Of a stretch of 64,000 nucleotides of DNA, positions 26,461 to 34,717 are shown piece by piece. A model generated the notes under the pieces. The model ran no database searches and was not told the DNA's origin. It saw only the letters and a list, made by a program, of their open reading frames with translations. A program made the translations under genes and the position numbers. Source of the stretch: an uncultured Gammaproteobacteria bacterium (GTDB taxonomy: Bacteria; Patescibacteriota; Microgenomatia; Woykebacterales; RBG-16-39-9b); the NCBI GenBank assembly GCA_965231125.1, contig OZ246414.1, positions 17,739 through 81,738 of the forward strand. The letters are read 5' to 3'. Within the stretch, counting starts at the first letter, position 1. Every line of letters starts with the position of its first letter.

Positions 26461-26524
26461 TATATCGCTTTTGCGATACAAAAGCAGATGCAATCTGCGA
26501 TTTAATCGCTTTTGCGATACAATC
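26461..26524. promoter_or_regulatory. two copies of the palindromic motif TATATCGCTTTTGCGATACAA overlapping a -10-like TATAAT, upstream of the ftsB-like gene
   Basis: The inverted repeat ATCGC-TTTT-GCGAT occurs twice, at 26464..26477 and 26505..26518. The same motif is found upstream of sufD at 39913..39960. Confidence 0.4.
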
Positions 26525-26557
26525 GAAAGCAATGTAACCCACGGCGATTATAAACTT

Positions 26558-26594
26558 CCGAGGGCTAAAACCCTCGGTATTGTTCTTTAAGTTT
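26558..26594 (+). terminator. plus-strand rho-independent terminator-like hairpin with no annotated plus-strand gene upstream (possible small RNA 3' end)
   Basis: CCGAGGG-ctaaaa-CCCTCGG followed by TATTGTTCTTTAAGTTT. Confidence 0.4.
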
Positions 26595-26814
26595 ACACGA
26601 GCGCAGAAAACCCTTGAAAGTCTAACTTACATTTCCCCTCAGAAGTGTGTAATCACTCTTAGCATTCATCCCCACTTTAAGAAAGTGGATTTTCTGCTAG
26701 CGATTATAATCGATCCACCTAATAGAGTTCACGAATGCTGAGGGTTCAACATAATGAGAGTCCCATAGTCTCTTGACAAGTGCCTTCTCTACTGGTAAAA
26801 TTACTTTATAGCTT

Positions 26815-27687
26815 ATGATTAAGGTTTCTGACGCGCATAAAAAGTTTATAGAACATCTAAAAAGTCAAGGTCGCTCTTCGGCGACTGTTTTGGCTTATGG
26901 GAAAGATATCGAACAGCTTAAAGATTTTCTCGCTGATCTTAAAAAGGCTCAGGTCCAAGAGATAACCACTAAGGATCTCCAAGCTTTCATGGCAAAACTC
27001 AACAAGGAAGGCTACACACCAAAAAGTATTTCCCGAAAAACAAACTCAACAAAAACCTTTTTTAGATTCTTAAAAGTCAACGAATTTGTAACTGATGACC
27101 CAGCCATTTTACTTGAACACCCACGATTCGAAATGAAACCGCCGAGAATCCTGACTAAGATGGAATATCGCGCCTTAAGAGATTCAGCTAGAGACGACAC
27201 TAGGATTTCGGCAATAATCGAGCTTTTGCTCCAAACCGGAATTAGAATTGGAGAACTGGCCAAATTAAAACTTTCTGACGCGAAATTTTCTAATAACAGT
27301 AAGGCTGGGGAACTTCACGTACCGGCTGGGGAATCTTACCCAGAAAGAACTGTTCCTGTAAATAAAGCCGCTGAGGGGGCTTTGAAGAAATACATAGAGA
27401 TCCGACCGCAAACAAAGGACGAAACCATGTTCGTGACTAAAACTGGTCGACCCCTACTTGTAAGAAACATTAGAACCGCTATCGACCGCTACTTTAAACT
27501 CGCCAGCATTAAAAACGCCAAGGTAAACGATCTTCGCCACACCTTTGTGGCCCATCACTTAATGAGCGGTACTTCTCTTGTTCTAGTTTCCAAACTTGCC
27601 GGCCACAAGAGACTAGCTACTACAGAAAAATACCTCAATCTGATTCAAGGACGCGTCGAAGAACCAATTAAACTCAACGAGCTCTAA
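26815..27687 (+). CDS. tyrosine site-specific recombinase/integrase (XerC/D-like)
   Basis: Has an N-terminal SAM-like domain. The catalytic residues LRHTF and HKRLATTEKY (R...H..R...Y) are present. Confidence 0.85.
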   Translation: MIKVSDAHKKFIEHLKSQGRSSATVLAYGKDIEQLKDFLADLKKAQVQEITTKDLQAFMAKLNKEGYTPKSISRKTNSTKTFFRFLKVNEFVTDDPAILLEHPRFEMKPPRILTKMEYRALRDSARDDTRISAIIELLLQTGIRIGELAKLKLSDAKFSNNSKAGELHVPAGESYPERTVPVNKAAEGALKKYIEIRPQTKDETMFVTKTGRPLLVRNIRTAIDRYFKLASIKNAKVNDLRHTFVAHHLMSGTSLVLVSKLAGHKRLATTEKYLNLIQGRVEEPIKLNEL

Positions 27688-27688
27688 A

Positions 27689-28111
27689 CTAACTTGGCTT
27701 TAAATCAGAAAGGCTTATGGTTCCCGGTTTTGGAGCTTCCAAGAGGTTTAGAGGTTGCTCTCCGACTTTATCACCGTCTACAAAAATTTGAACTTTATAA
27801 TCTCCCGGCTTCGGAAAACTCGAATTAATCACTTCCACAATAAAATTAAAATTTCTATTCAAGGCCTCGGGCGGCAGGTTTATCTCCCTTTCTTCTTCCC
27901 TATCCATTAGGGGGTTTCCGGTAGCGTCCGACAGCACAACACTCATTTTAAACTTCTCTTTTGAAGAAGCAATGGAACCAACTACCACAAACTTCGGGTG
28001 AGTGACCGGAAAGCGGGCGGCATTTATGTTCTCGAAGACTCCAATTATATTTAGCTTTTTGTCGATGGACAAAAAAGCACTATCCGCCAAAAGAACGTAA
28101 AGAAGTTTCAT
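27689..28111 (-). CDS. hypothetical protein (140 aa)
   Basis: Complete ORF with no recognisable family. Confidence 0.4.
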   Translation of the reverse strand: MKLLYVLLADSAFLSIDKKLNIIGVFENINAARFPVTHPKFVVVGSIASSKEKFKMSVVLSDATGNPLMDREEEREINLPPEALNRNFNFIVEVINSSFPKPGDYKVQIFVDGDKVGEQPLNLLEAPKPGTISLSDLKPS

Positions 28112-28181
28112 AGTCTTCCAATTATATCACTTTGATTGGACTCAACATAAATGCTATAATCTATCCCAATTCAACATTGAT

Positions 28182-28205
28182 TGTTAGCTCCAAGGTAGAG
28201 CACCA
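28182..28205 (+). repeat. partial internal copy of tRNA-Ile (GGTAGAGCACCACTCTTTAAAG) upstream of the gene
   Basis: It matches the D-arm 3' half and anticodon arm of 28231..28306, with two single-nt deletions. Confidence 0.5.
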
Positions 28206-28230
28206 CTCTTTAAAGCCGAGAAACTGGCTT

Positions 28231-28306
28231 GGGCCAGTAGCTCAGCGGTTAGAGCACCACTCTTATAAAGTGGGGGTCCTTGGTTCGAATCCAAGCTGGC
28301 CCACCA
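28231..28306 (+). tRNA. tRNA-Ile with UAU anticodon, CCA encoded
   Basis: GGGCCAG-TA-GCTC-AGCGGTTA-GAGC-A-CCACT-CTTATAA-AGTGG-GGGTC-CTTGG-TTCGAAT-CCAAG-CTGGCCC-A-CCA. Fully canonical cloverleaf. Confidence 0.85.
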
Positions 28307-28371
28307 TTAGGTCTTAATTGACTTGATTACTGTGGCGTTTCTCGGCTTGCGTCCCCTAAAAGCGAGGTTAA

Positions 28372-28398
28372 AAGTGGGGGTCCTTGGTTCGAATCCAT
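28372..28398 (+). repeat. exact 27-nt duplicate of the tRNA-Ile 3' portion (anticodon-stem 3' strand through T-loop), 65 nt downstream of the gene
   Basis: AAAGTGGGGGTCCTTGGTTCGAATCCA is identical to 28268..28294. After CCA it diverges (TCCGAGCTCG). Confidence 0.6.
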
Positions 28399-28437
28399 CC
28401 GAGCTCGTTTAATTTTTAGAAGAGACTAATCAATTTC

Positions 28438-28836
28438 ATGCCTTCTAATACTCTTAGAATAATTTTCCTCATTTCCCTTTTCTTGGAATATCTACACTCA
28501 ACAGAAGAGATTGCTGGAAGATTTCCCCATATCGACTCTTTTATGAAATTCGGAGGCTCTATTTTTCGAACCACCTCAGAAAAATTTTACTGGATATCTC
28601 ATATAATTTACTGGGTCGGCCTGCCAATTATATTTTTGATTTTCCAGCGGTCGAGTGTAGGATTGTTCTTAGCAGTACTCTTTGGAATTTCCTATCCTTT
28701 CGAAGCCCACCACTTATTTAAAGCTTTCCTTAGAAAATCTTATTATCCCGGTACAATTACTGCGTTATTGTACTTATTTATCGGGTTTTTCTTCTGGGCA
28801 CAACTACTAAAAGATTTAAATCTACTTAATTCGTAA
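28438..28836 (+). CDS. HXXEE-domain membrane protein
   Basis: HSTEE motif and four predicted TM helices. Confidence 0.5.
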   Translation: MPSNTLRIIFLISLFLEYLHSTEEIAGRFPHIDSFMKFGGSIFRTTSEKFYWISHIIYWVGLPIIFLIFQRSSVGLFLAVLFGISYPFEAHHLFKAFLRKSYYPGTITALLYLFIGFFFWAQLLKDLNLLNS

Positions 28837-29806
28837 ACTCCTGACAGAACATTTTTCCGGCTATGCCGCCGTCAACTACTCCCACGCCTAATTTTCCAAA
28901 GGAGGATCGTAACATATTTTCCCGATGTCCTTTGGAGTTCATTAAACCTTCGTGGGCAATTTTAACCGTTGGGGCGTAGGCAAGGTTTTCTCCGGCCACC
29001 GTGTACTTTATTCCGGCCGCATTCATCCGATCGAAAGGCGATTTACCTTCGGGGGTATAATGCGAAAAGTAGCTTCTCTTAAACATGTCCAGGCAATGGG
29101 CTCTACCAACATCGCGCAGAGCTTTATTAAACACTAGCTCAGAAATTCCTCTTTTTCTCCTTTCGTAGTTAACTAAGTCAAACATTTCCTTTTCGGACTC
29201 TTGGTCTATCGTAAACTCAATTTTTTTAGGTATTGCGAGCTGCACTGTCTCCTTGGATCCAGGTTCAGGAGTAATTAGATAAGCCAAGTTTTTATATGGA
29301 AGCTTATTTAAATAAGTTTCGGTGATGGGTTGATATTTTAAAACGATCGGTAACACATTACTTCCCCACCAAGAATTTTCAATTTCTGCTCTCAGACCCG
29401 CTTTAAAAGGTAAAACTAGAGGAAGGAGAAGAAACAAAGTTACGAGAAATAAACCAACTAAGACGCTAGGAATAACTCCTAAAACCCGATCGACAATTAA
29501 AAATCCCCGGACTTTTTTGTAGAATGGCGTAAGCAGGCGGTAAAAATGTGAGAGAGCAAGACTCAGTGCGACTTCCAAAATAATCAAAATAGCAAAAAAA
29601 GCGGCCACTTGAGACACATTTTCGCCCCAGTTTAGGCTGTGATCGATAAAACGGGCAGATCCTGGGTAAAAGACTGTAGCCAAAACTAATGAAACAATGG
29701 TGGCAATTATATTCAACACACCACCAACAAAACCAGTTTGCCATCCTTGCCAGACTAAATAAACTGTTATGAGTAAAATTAGGAAATCAATAATATTAAA
29801 CATCAA
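28826..29806 (-). CDS. CvpA-like membrane domain fused to a CAP/SCP (YkwD-like) domain
   Basis: N-terminal four-TM CvpA-like region. The C-terminal stretch (GHRENMLRSSFGKLGVGVV, HCLDM) is CAP-domain-like. Confidence 0.55.
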   Translation of the reverse strand: MMFNIIDFLILLITVYLVWQGWQTGFVGGVLNIIATIVSLVLATVFYPGSARFIDHSLNWGENVSQVAAFFAILIILEVALSLALSHFYRLLTPFYKKVRGFLIVDRVLGVIPSVLVGLFLVTLFLLLPLVLPFKAGLRAEIENSWWGSNVLPIVLKYQPITETYLNKLPYKNLAYLITPEPGSKETVQLAIPKKIEFTIDQESEKEMFDLVNYERRKRGISELVFNKALRDVGRAHCLDMFKRSYFSHYTPEGKSPFDRMNAAGIKYTVAGENLAYAPTVKIAHEGLMNSKGHRENMLRSSFGKLGVGVVDGGIAGKMFCQEFTN

Positions 29807-30105
29807 ATTATTCCTAGTTCCGCTTTTGCTGCCTCACTTACTTTTGTTAAATCCCAAGGCGGGTCAAAGGTTAGTTTGAGATCGATTTTTTTTACGCCCG
29901 AAAGCTTTCCTATCTTTTCATTAATCTCTTTGTGAATAATGGATCCTAAAGGACAGCCGGGAAACGTAAGGGTCATTAATATTTTGACTTCTCCGGAAGG
30001 CCCAACCCGCGCGTCGTAAATTAAACCTAAATCAACGATATTTATGTGAAGTTCCGGGTCATTCACTTTCTTTAGCGCTTGGATAATTTTTTCTTTCGTT
30101 AACAT
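29803..30105 (-). CDS. DUF59/MIP18-family Fe-S assembly protein (SufT-like)
   Basis: VNDPELHINIVDLGLIY...TFPGCPLG is the family signature. Confidence 0.75.
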   Translation of the reverse strand: MLTKEKIIQALKKVNDPELHINIVDLGLIYDARVGPSGEVKILMTLTFPGCPLGSIIHKEINEKIGKLSGVKKIDLKLTFDPPWDLTKVSEAAKAELGII

Positions 30106-30192
30106 AAGGCGAGATTATTATATGTCACATATACAACGCGCGTCATTATATAACTTTAAACTAGTTGCTTGTATTACTTAAGTTTTAAGGGA

Positions 30193-30576
30193 TTAATTTC
30201 CTTGGAGGAATTTTTTGACTTCTTCTACAACTTGGGTTGGAGTGTAAGATACCTTCAAAAGATATCCGTCCGCGCCAAGTTCAAAACCTTCTTTAATTAT
30301 TGTTTCTTCCCCAAGGTTTGTGAGAAGAAGAGTAGGAATTTTTTTCGTAAGTGGGTTTTGCTTTAGCGATTTTAAAACATCAATACCGCTCATCTTGGGA
30401 AGCATAATATCAAGTAATATTAGGCTTGGGGTTTTCTCTGCCGCCATTAGTAACCCTTCTTCACCATCCTTAGCTACCTCAACATCGAGCCCATTATTCG
30501 TAAATTCGCGACGGTAAATTTCGCGAATGGATTCTTCGTCATCAATTACTAGAATTTTTTTCTTCTCTTCTGGCAT
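30193..30576 (-). CDS. stand-alone response-regulator receiver domain protein
   Basis: ILVIDDEESIREIY...LILLDIMLPKMSG matches the CheY-like phospho-acceptor context. Confidence 0.85.
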   Translation of the reverse strand: MPEEKKKILVIDDEESIREIYRREFTNNGLDVEVAKDGEEGLLMAAEKTPSLILLDIMLPKMSGIDVLKSLKQNPLTKKIPTLLLTNLGEETIIKEGFELGADGYLLKVSYTPTQVVEEVKKFLQGN

Positions 30577-30629
30577 ATTGTCTAAATTTAGAATACTCTC
30601 AAACTCTTCTTTATGTCAACTCCAAATGA

Positions 30630-30664
30630 AAAGCCGTCTGGGGGAAAATCCAACCCAGACGGCT
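30630..30664. terminator. 12-bp hairpin terminator downstream of the LPxTG-like gene
   Basis: AAGCCGTCTGGG-N11-CCCAGACGGCTT. The minus strand continues with TTTCATTT. Confidence 0.55.
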
Positions 30665-30682
30665 TAGGCGTTTCTGCCTTCA

Positions 30683-31090
30683 CTAAGAATTCGTAAATAA
30701 CAGAAACAGGAAAGCTAGAAACCCAAGTGCCATCACAATCGTCAGGAAAACTGCGGCTACAGGGCCAGAGGCAAAACCACTTGGCTCTGCACTTGAACCC
30801 TGTCCAGTCGACGGTAGCTTGATGTTTGCCGCCACTGGCGTCGACGTTGGTCTTGGCGTCGGCGGTCGAACCGTCGATGACGCCTTGTGGACCAAAACCC
30901 GTGTCACCGTTGGCGTCGCTTGCACCGTCTCGGTCGGTGTTACCGTAGCGGTTGCGGCCACGACTGTTTCTGTCACCGTCGCTTGTGACGTCTCAATCGC
31001 TGTTGCTGTTCCAGACGGTGTTTGAGCATGCGCGGTACCGAAGAACCCAAGCGCAAACATCACCACCAAGATTGCGACCATCTTACTCAT
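30683..31090 (-). CDS. secreted Thr/Pro/Ala-rich protein with LPSTG sortase-like sorting motif and C-terminal hydrophobic anchor
   Basis: Signal peptide, then repeated ATVT/TPT low-complexity sequence, then KLPSTG followed by a TM segment. The usual positively charged tail is absent. Confidence 0.45.
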   Translation of the reverse strand: MSKMVAILVVMFALGFFGTAHAQTPSGTATAIETSQATVTETVVAATATVTPTETVQATPTVTRVLVHKASSTVRPPTPRPTSTPVAANIKLPSTGQGSSAEPSGFASGPVAAVFLTIVMALGFLAFLFLLFTNS

Positions 31091-31184
31091 CCTCTCTTCC
31101 TCCTTCAGAAATTAGTTAGTTCAAACTAGCGTTAGTGCTTATTATACCTAAAATATATCGTTTTGTCAACTACTACAGGATATT

Positions 31185-31907
31185 TTACGGGGCTCTGAAG
31201 AATTGGCCGACTAAGTAACCTACTAAAGCGGCGACAATACCAATAATTGCAATTTCCAAACCGGATTTTTTCCAATCCCCAACAGTAGTCTTGGCTTTGT
31301 AAGCGCCAACAACAAATAGGACCACGGCCGACATCGCTAGTGAAACCCAAACCGTTTCACTTATCGTTAATTTCAAAGCCGGTAGTGCGAAAAAGGGACT
31401 GAGGGGAACTATAGAACCGATTATAGCAGCGAGTCCAACCACCAAAGCGCTTCCCAAAGCATTCTTGGTTTCAACAGGGGCAAGGCCAAGCTCAAACTTC
31501 ATCATCTCATCAAGCCAAACTTCTTCATTGGAGATAATTTGTTTTACGACGTCTTCTAAAAGTTTCCCGGAAAAACCTTTCCTACGGTAAATTTCGCGAA
31601 TCTCTTCTTCCTCCATCTTGGGAACTTCTTTTATCTCTCTTTTTTCGCGAGCCAGTTCACTTTCATAAAAAGATTGCTCGGCACGAGTCGAGGTGTAAGC
31701 AACCGCCGCCATAGAAACGCTTTCGGCAAAAGTAGCGGCAAAACCGGCGGCCAAAATAATGCGTAGATCTTGAGATGCGACAGCGACACCGAGAATTATT
31801 CCCAACACGTTAACCAATCCGTCTTGCCCACCGAGAATAATGTCTCTTAAGTTGGAGGAAGCTGCATGGGTTTCTGAAAATGTATCTTTAGCTTTCGGCA
31901 ATTCCAT
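31185..31907 (-). CDS. VIT1/CCC1-family iron/manganese transporter
   Basis: LGGQDGLVNVLGIILGVA motif, and the central cytoplasmic EEEIREIYRRKG segment between TM bundles. Confidence 0.8.
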   Translation of the reverse strand: MELPKAKDTFSETHAASSNLRDIILGGQDGLVNVLGIILGVAVASQDLRIILAAGFAATFAESVSMAAVAYTSTRAEQSFYESELAREKREIKEVPKMEEEEIREIYRRKGFSGKLLEDVVKQIISNEEVWLDEMMKFELGLAPVETKNALGSALVVGLAAIIGSIVPLSPFFALPALKLTISETVWVSLAMSAVVLFVVGAYKAKTTVGDWKKSGLEIAIIGIVAALVGYLVGQFFRAP

Positions 31908-31909
31908 AG

Positions 31910-33157
31910 TTAACTAGAGATGAGTTTGTTTAGATTAAAATTTAAGTCTCTCAAGTCTTCCGTACTAGCGGTAATTTTAACACGATTTTTGATTAGTTCT
32001 GAAATCGGAGCTCTATCCCCCGGTAGATTAATTAAACTGGCGCCAACGAGACGATCACCACGAATGTGTAAACGACCCAGCTTTCCTTCATCAACTGAAC
32101 CGCGCTCGATTAACATTGTTTCTGAATCGGCTGCGGAATCTCCCATAAAGGTAAAGGTGCCATCGAAAATCGAAATTGTGTAGGTAGACACGGTGATAAA
32201 TTTTTCCCGATCTGGATTGTCCCAACCCGCAACCATATTTTGCCCGACTGTTTTACCCTGCGCGCCTGCATTTGCCCAGTTTCCCATTTGGTGGTTTTTA
32301 TCAAAGAGGGCATCGTAAAATTCAGCAATGTCCCCTGCCGCCCAAACATCTTTAGTTTCTGTTTCTAAGTATTCGTTGGTAACAACACCTTTATTAATTT
32401 TTAGCCCTGAATCTTTTAAATAACCCAAGTCCATATGAATTCCGATACCAACTCCAGCAATTTCCGCCGGAATTTCTTTCCCTTTTTCTAGTTTTACTGA
32501 TTGCAAATCGGTCTCGCCAACAAACTCGACAACTTGATCTTCGGCGATGATGTCGATGCCATGGTCCTGCAGGATTTTATTTATTAGGCGGCCACTGCCT
32601 TCCCCAACAACCTGGCTCCAAAAATACGGTTCGCGAACAATACAAGTGGTTCTTATTCCCGCTTTAACGAAACTCTGGGCATATTCAATGCCGATGAAAC
32701 CGCCACCGACAACAACCCCAGTTTTAGCTTTCGCCATTTGCTCCTTAACTTCTTTGACATCGGCAATTGCCCGTAAGTAAGTTACCCCTTTTAAATCAGC
32801 ACCGGGAACTTCCGGACGATTGACTTTGCCGCCGGAAGCAATTAATAATTTACTGTACTCTATTTCTTCTTTACTCTGCAATGTAACCAGTTTACTCTGA
32901 GTATTAATCTTTTCCACTCTTAAATTCTTTAAAAGTTCGATATTTTTTTCTTCATAATCTTGTTGGTGGCGTACGTAAAGCCGTTCATAGGGTATTTGAC
33001 CACGTAAATATTGGGGAAGCATAACTCGAGAATAAAGAAGCTCTGGTTCTTCGGTAACTATAACTATTGATCCTGAAAGATCGTTTATACGGATAAATTC
33101 CGCCGCCGTGGTGCCAGCGATTCCCCCGCCAACAATCAAATAGTCTTTTTTTGTCAT
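31910..33157 (-). CDS. FAD/NAD(P)-binding pyridine nucleotide-disulfide oxidoreductase family protein (ferredoxin/rubredoxin-reductase-like)
   Basis: LIVGGGIAGTTAAEFIR and a second GGGFIGIE nucleotide-binding motif. Confidence 0.75.
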   Translation of the reverse strand: MTKKDYLIVGGGIAGTTAAEFIRINDLSGSIVIVTEEPELLYSRVMLPQYLRGQIPYERLYVRHQQDYEEKNIELLKNLRVEKINTQSKLVTLQSKEEIEYSKLLIASGGKVNRPEVPGADLKGVTYLRAIADVKEVKEQMAKAKTGVVVGGGFIGIEYAQSFVKAGIRTTCIVREPYFWSQVVGEGSGRLINKILQDHGIDIIAEDQVVEFVGETDLQSVKLEKGKEIPAEIAGVGIGIHMDLGYLKDSGLKINKGVVTNEYLETETKDVWAAGDIAEFYDALFDKNHQMGNWANAGAQGKTVGQNMVAGWDNPDREKFITVSTYTISIFDGTFTFMGDSAADSETMLIERGSVDEGKLGRLHIRGDRLVGASLINLPGDRAPISELIKNRVKITASTEDLRDLNFNLNKLISS

Positions 33158-33267
33158 ATCAAAAAAATACTGCGACCACTTCGTGGTCTAAGTCAACTTT
33201 TCTCATATAACTGTTCTTACACCACTTAATTGTAGCAGAAATGTTGTTCTAGCTGGCGGAGGATTGA

Positions 33268-33296
33268 CAAAAAATATTTATAGGCTTAGAATATAA
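33268..33296 (+). promoter_or_regulatory. TTGACA-17-TAGAAT promoter ~6 nt upstream of the 33302 ATG (leaderless-type)
   Basis: Seen directly in the sequence. Confidence 0.3.
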
Positions 33297-33301
33297 GCGT
33301 T

Positions 33302-34051
33302 ATGACTTCTTTTGTCAGTTATAAGGCTCTAATTCTTAGATACTTTTTAGCGGCTGCTATCGCTTTTTCTCTAATTTTACTTCTTGCCGCTCCACTTTCA
33401 AACAGTGCTTTGGCTTTAAAAGTCCACGAAATTAAAGTTAGACCTGATCACCGAACGGTCCGAAATGTGATTGTTTGCAACGTCACGGACACTGCCTCCA
33501 ATGGCTTCGGCACCATCGGCACAAAACTTCCAAGTAGCGTTACTTACAGAGTAAACTCATTCTCTGCCCCACACTCGGTCGTAAGCAATGTTTCAACAAT
33601 TGTAGGCAATTCTTTCAATACCTGGGGGTCTGCTGTTCCCAGTGTTACTTTCACAAAAGGTTCAGACACCTTAGCTCATAAAGCTCGTTTTGACGGTCAG
33701 AATGTAATTGCTTGGGGCAGACTTCCTTTAAGCACTTTGGGCGCGACCTATATTTGGTACAACACTAGCACTGGACAAGTAGTTGAGGTCGACACTATTT
33801 TGAATTCAAGGCAGCCTTGGAGCTGGACGGACCCAACTACAGTGGATGTGGACCAAACTTGCCCAAGCACTAACGCCTATGATGCCCAAGGTATCCTTAC
33901 CCATGAGATTGGGCACTGGATGGGATTAGACGACCTCTATGTTTTGGACGATGAGGATTTAACTTTGTTTGGTTACGGATCTAAACAAGAACTAAAGAAA
34001 GACACCCCAGGATCAGGCGATATACTCGGCCTCGGATCCATATATCCCTAA
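33302..34051 (+). CDS. secreted zinc metalloprotease, metzincin/snapalysin-like (HExxHxxGxxD)
   Basis: Signal peptide, and HEIGHWMGLDD. Confidence 0.6.
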   Translation: MTSFVSYKALILRYFLAAAIAFSLILLLAAPLSNSALALKVHEIKVRPDHRTVRNVIVCNVTDTASNGFGTIGTKLPSSVTYRVNSFSAPHSVVSNVSTIVGNSFNTWGSAVPSVTFTKGSDTLAHKARFDGQNVIAWGRLPLSTLGATYIWYNTSTGQVVEVDTILNSRQPWSWTDPTTVDVDQTCPSTNAYDAQGILTHEIGHWMGLDDLYVLDDEDLTLFGYGSKQELKKDTPGSGDILGLGSIYP

Positions 34052-34060
34052 ATTAGAAAT

Positions 34061-34276
34061 TCAAGGAAATACTTGTTTTCCTTCCTTGTCTTCAACAATA
34101 ATCGCTAAAACAGGACAAGTTTTGGCGGCTTCAAGAATTTTTTCGTCGTCATCGCCGCCCTGCTTCTTAACCACAGCTTTTGCTTCACTGTCCAGTTCAA
34201 AAGTATTTGGTGCAATCGCAACACAATCGGCAGTCCCGATGCACAATAATCTATCTACCTTAACTTTATAGGCCAT
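34061..34276 (-). CDS. small ferredoxin
   Basis: 71 aa. Cys ligands at CIGTADC and CP fit the single-cluster Fd pattern. Confidence 0.6.
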   Translation of the reverse strand: MAYKVKVDRLLCIGTADCVAIAPNTFELDSEAKAVVKKQGGDDDEKILEAAKTCPVLAIIVEDKEGKQVFP

Positions 34277-34282
34277 ATACTT

Positions 34283-34714
34283 TTATCTTTCAACTTTTAC
34301 TTCCGCTTTAATTAGAGCGTCCTTTAAAACATTTAAACTTAAGAGTGTACAACCGAGTCTGGCTGGTGATGGGTTAATTCCCAACAACCTAAGTATATCA
34401 CCCGTCTCTACCTTCCGGGCTTCTGCTAGAGATTTCCCTTCGATATAACTTGCTAATAGAGAGGCTGATGCTTGGGAAATCGCGCACCCTGTCCCGGAAA
34501 AAACCGCCTTTTTAATTATGTTCTCTGAATTCTTTAGCCCACGAAGTGGTCGCAAAGCGCGAAGCGATTTTATTCTTAATTGCAATTTAATTTCGTCTCC
34601 ACAAAGCTGATTTACTAGCCTAGCCTCTAAATCTGGGTTGGAAATTTCACCCCGGTTTTTGGGGTTTCGCGCTACTTCTAGAATTGTTTGTCGGTAGAGT
34701 TGATCTTCGATCAT
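34283..34714 (-). CDS. sufU: SufU/IscU-like Fe-S scaffold/sulfur-transfer protein
   Basis: The conserved Cys-containing motifs LCGD and GCAIS. Confidence 0.8.
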   Translation of the reverse strand: MIEDQLYRQTILEVARNPKNRGEISNPDLEARLVNQLCGDEIKLQLRIKSLRALRPLRGLKNSENIIKKAVFSGTGCAISQASASLLASYIEGKSLAEARKVETGDILRLLGINPSPARLGCTLLSLNVLKDALIKAEVKVER

Positions 34715-34717
34715 TTG

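Noticed and set aside
30683-31090. Definite sortase substrate call for the LPSTG protein
   Set aside because: The motif and hydrophobic segment are present, but the positively charged C-terminal tail is missing and no sortase gene is in the window. It is kept as LPxTG-like only.
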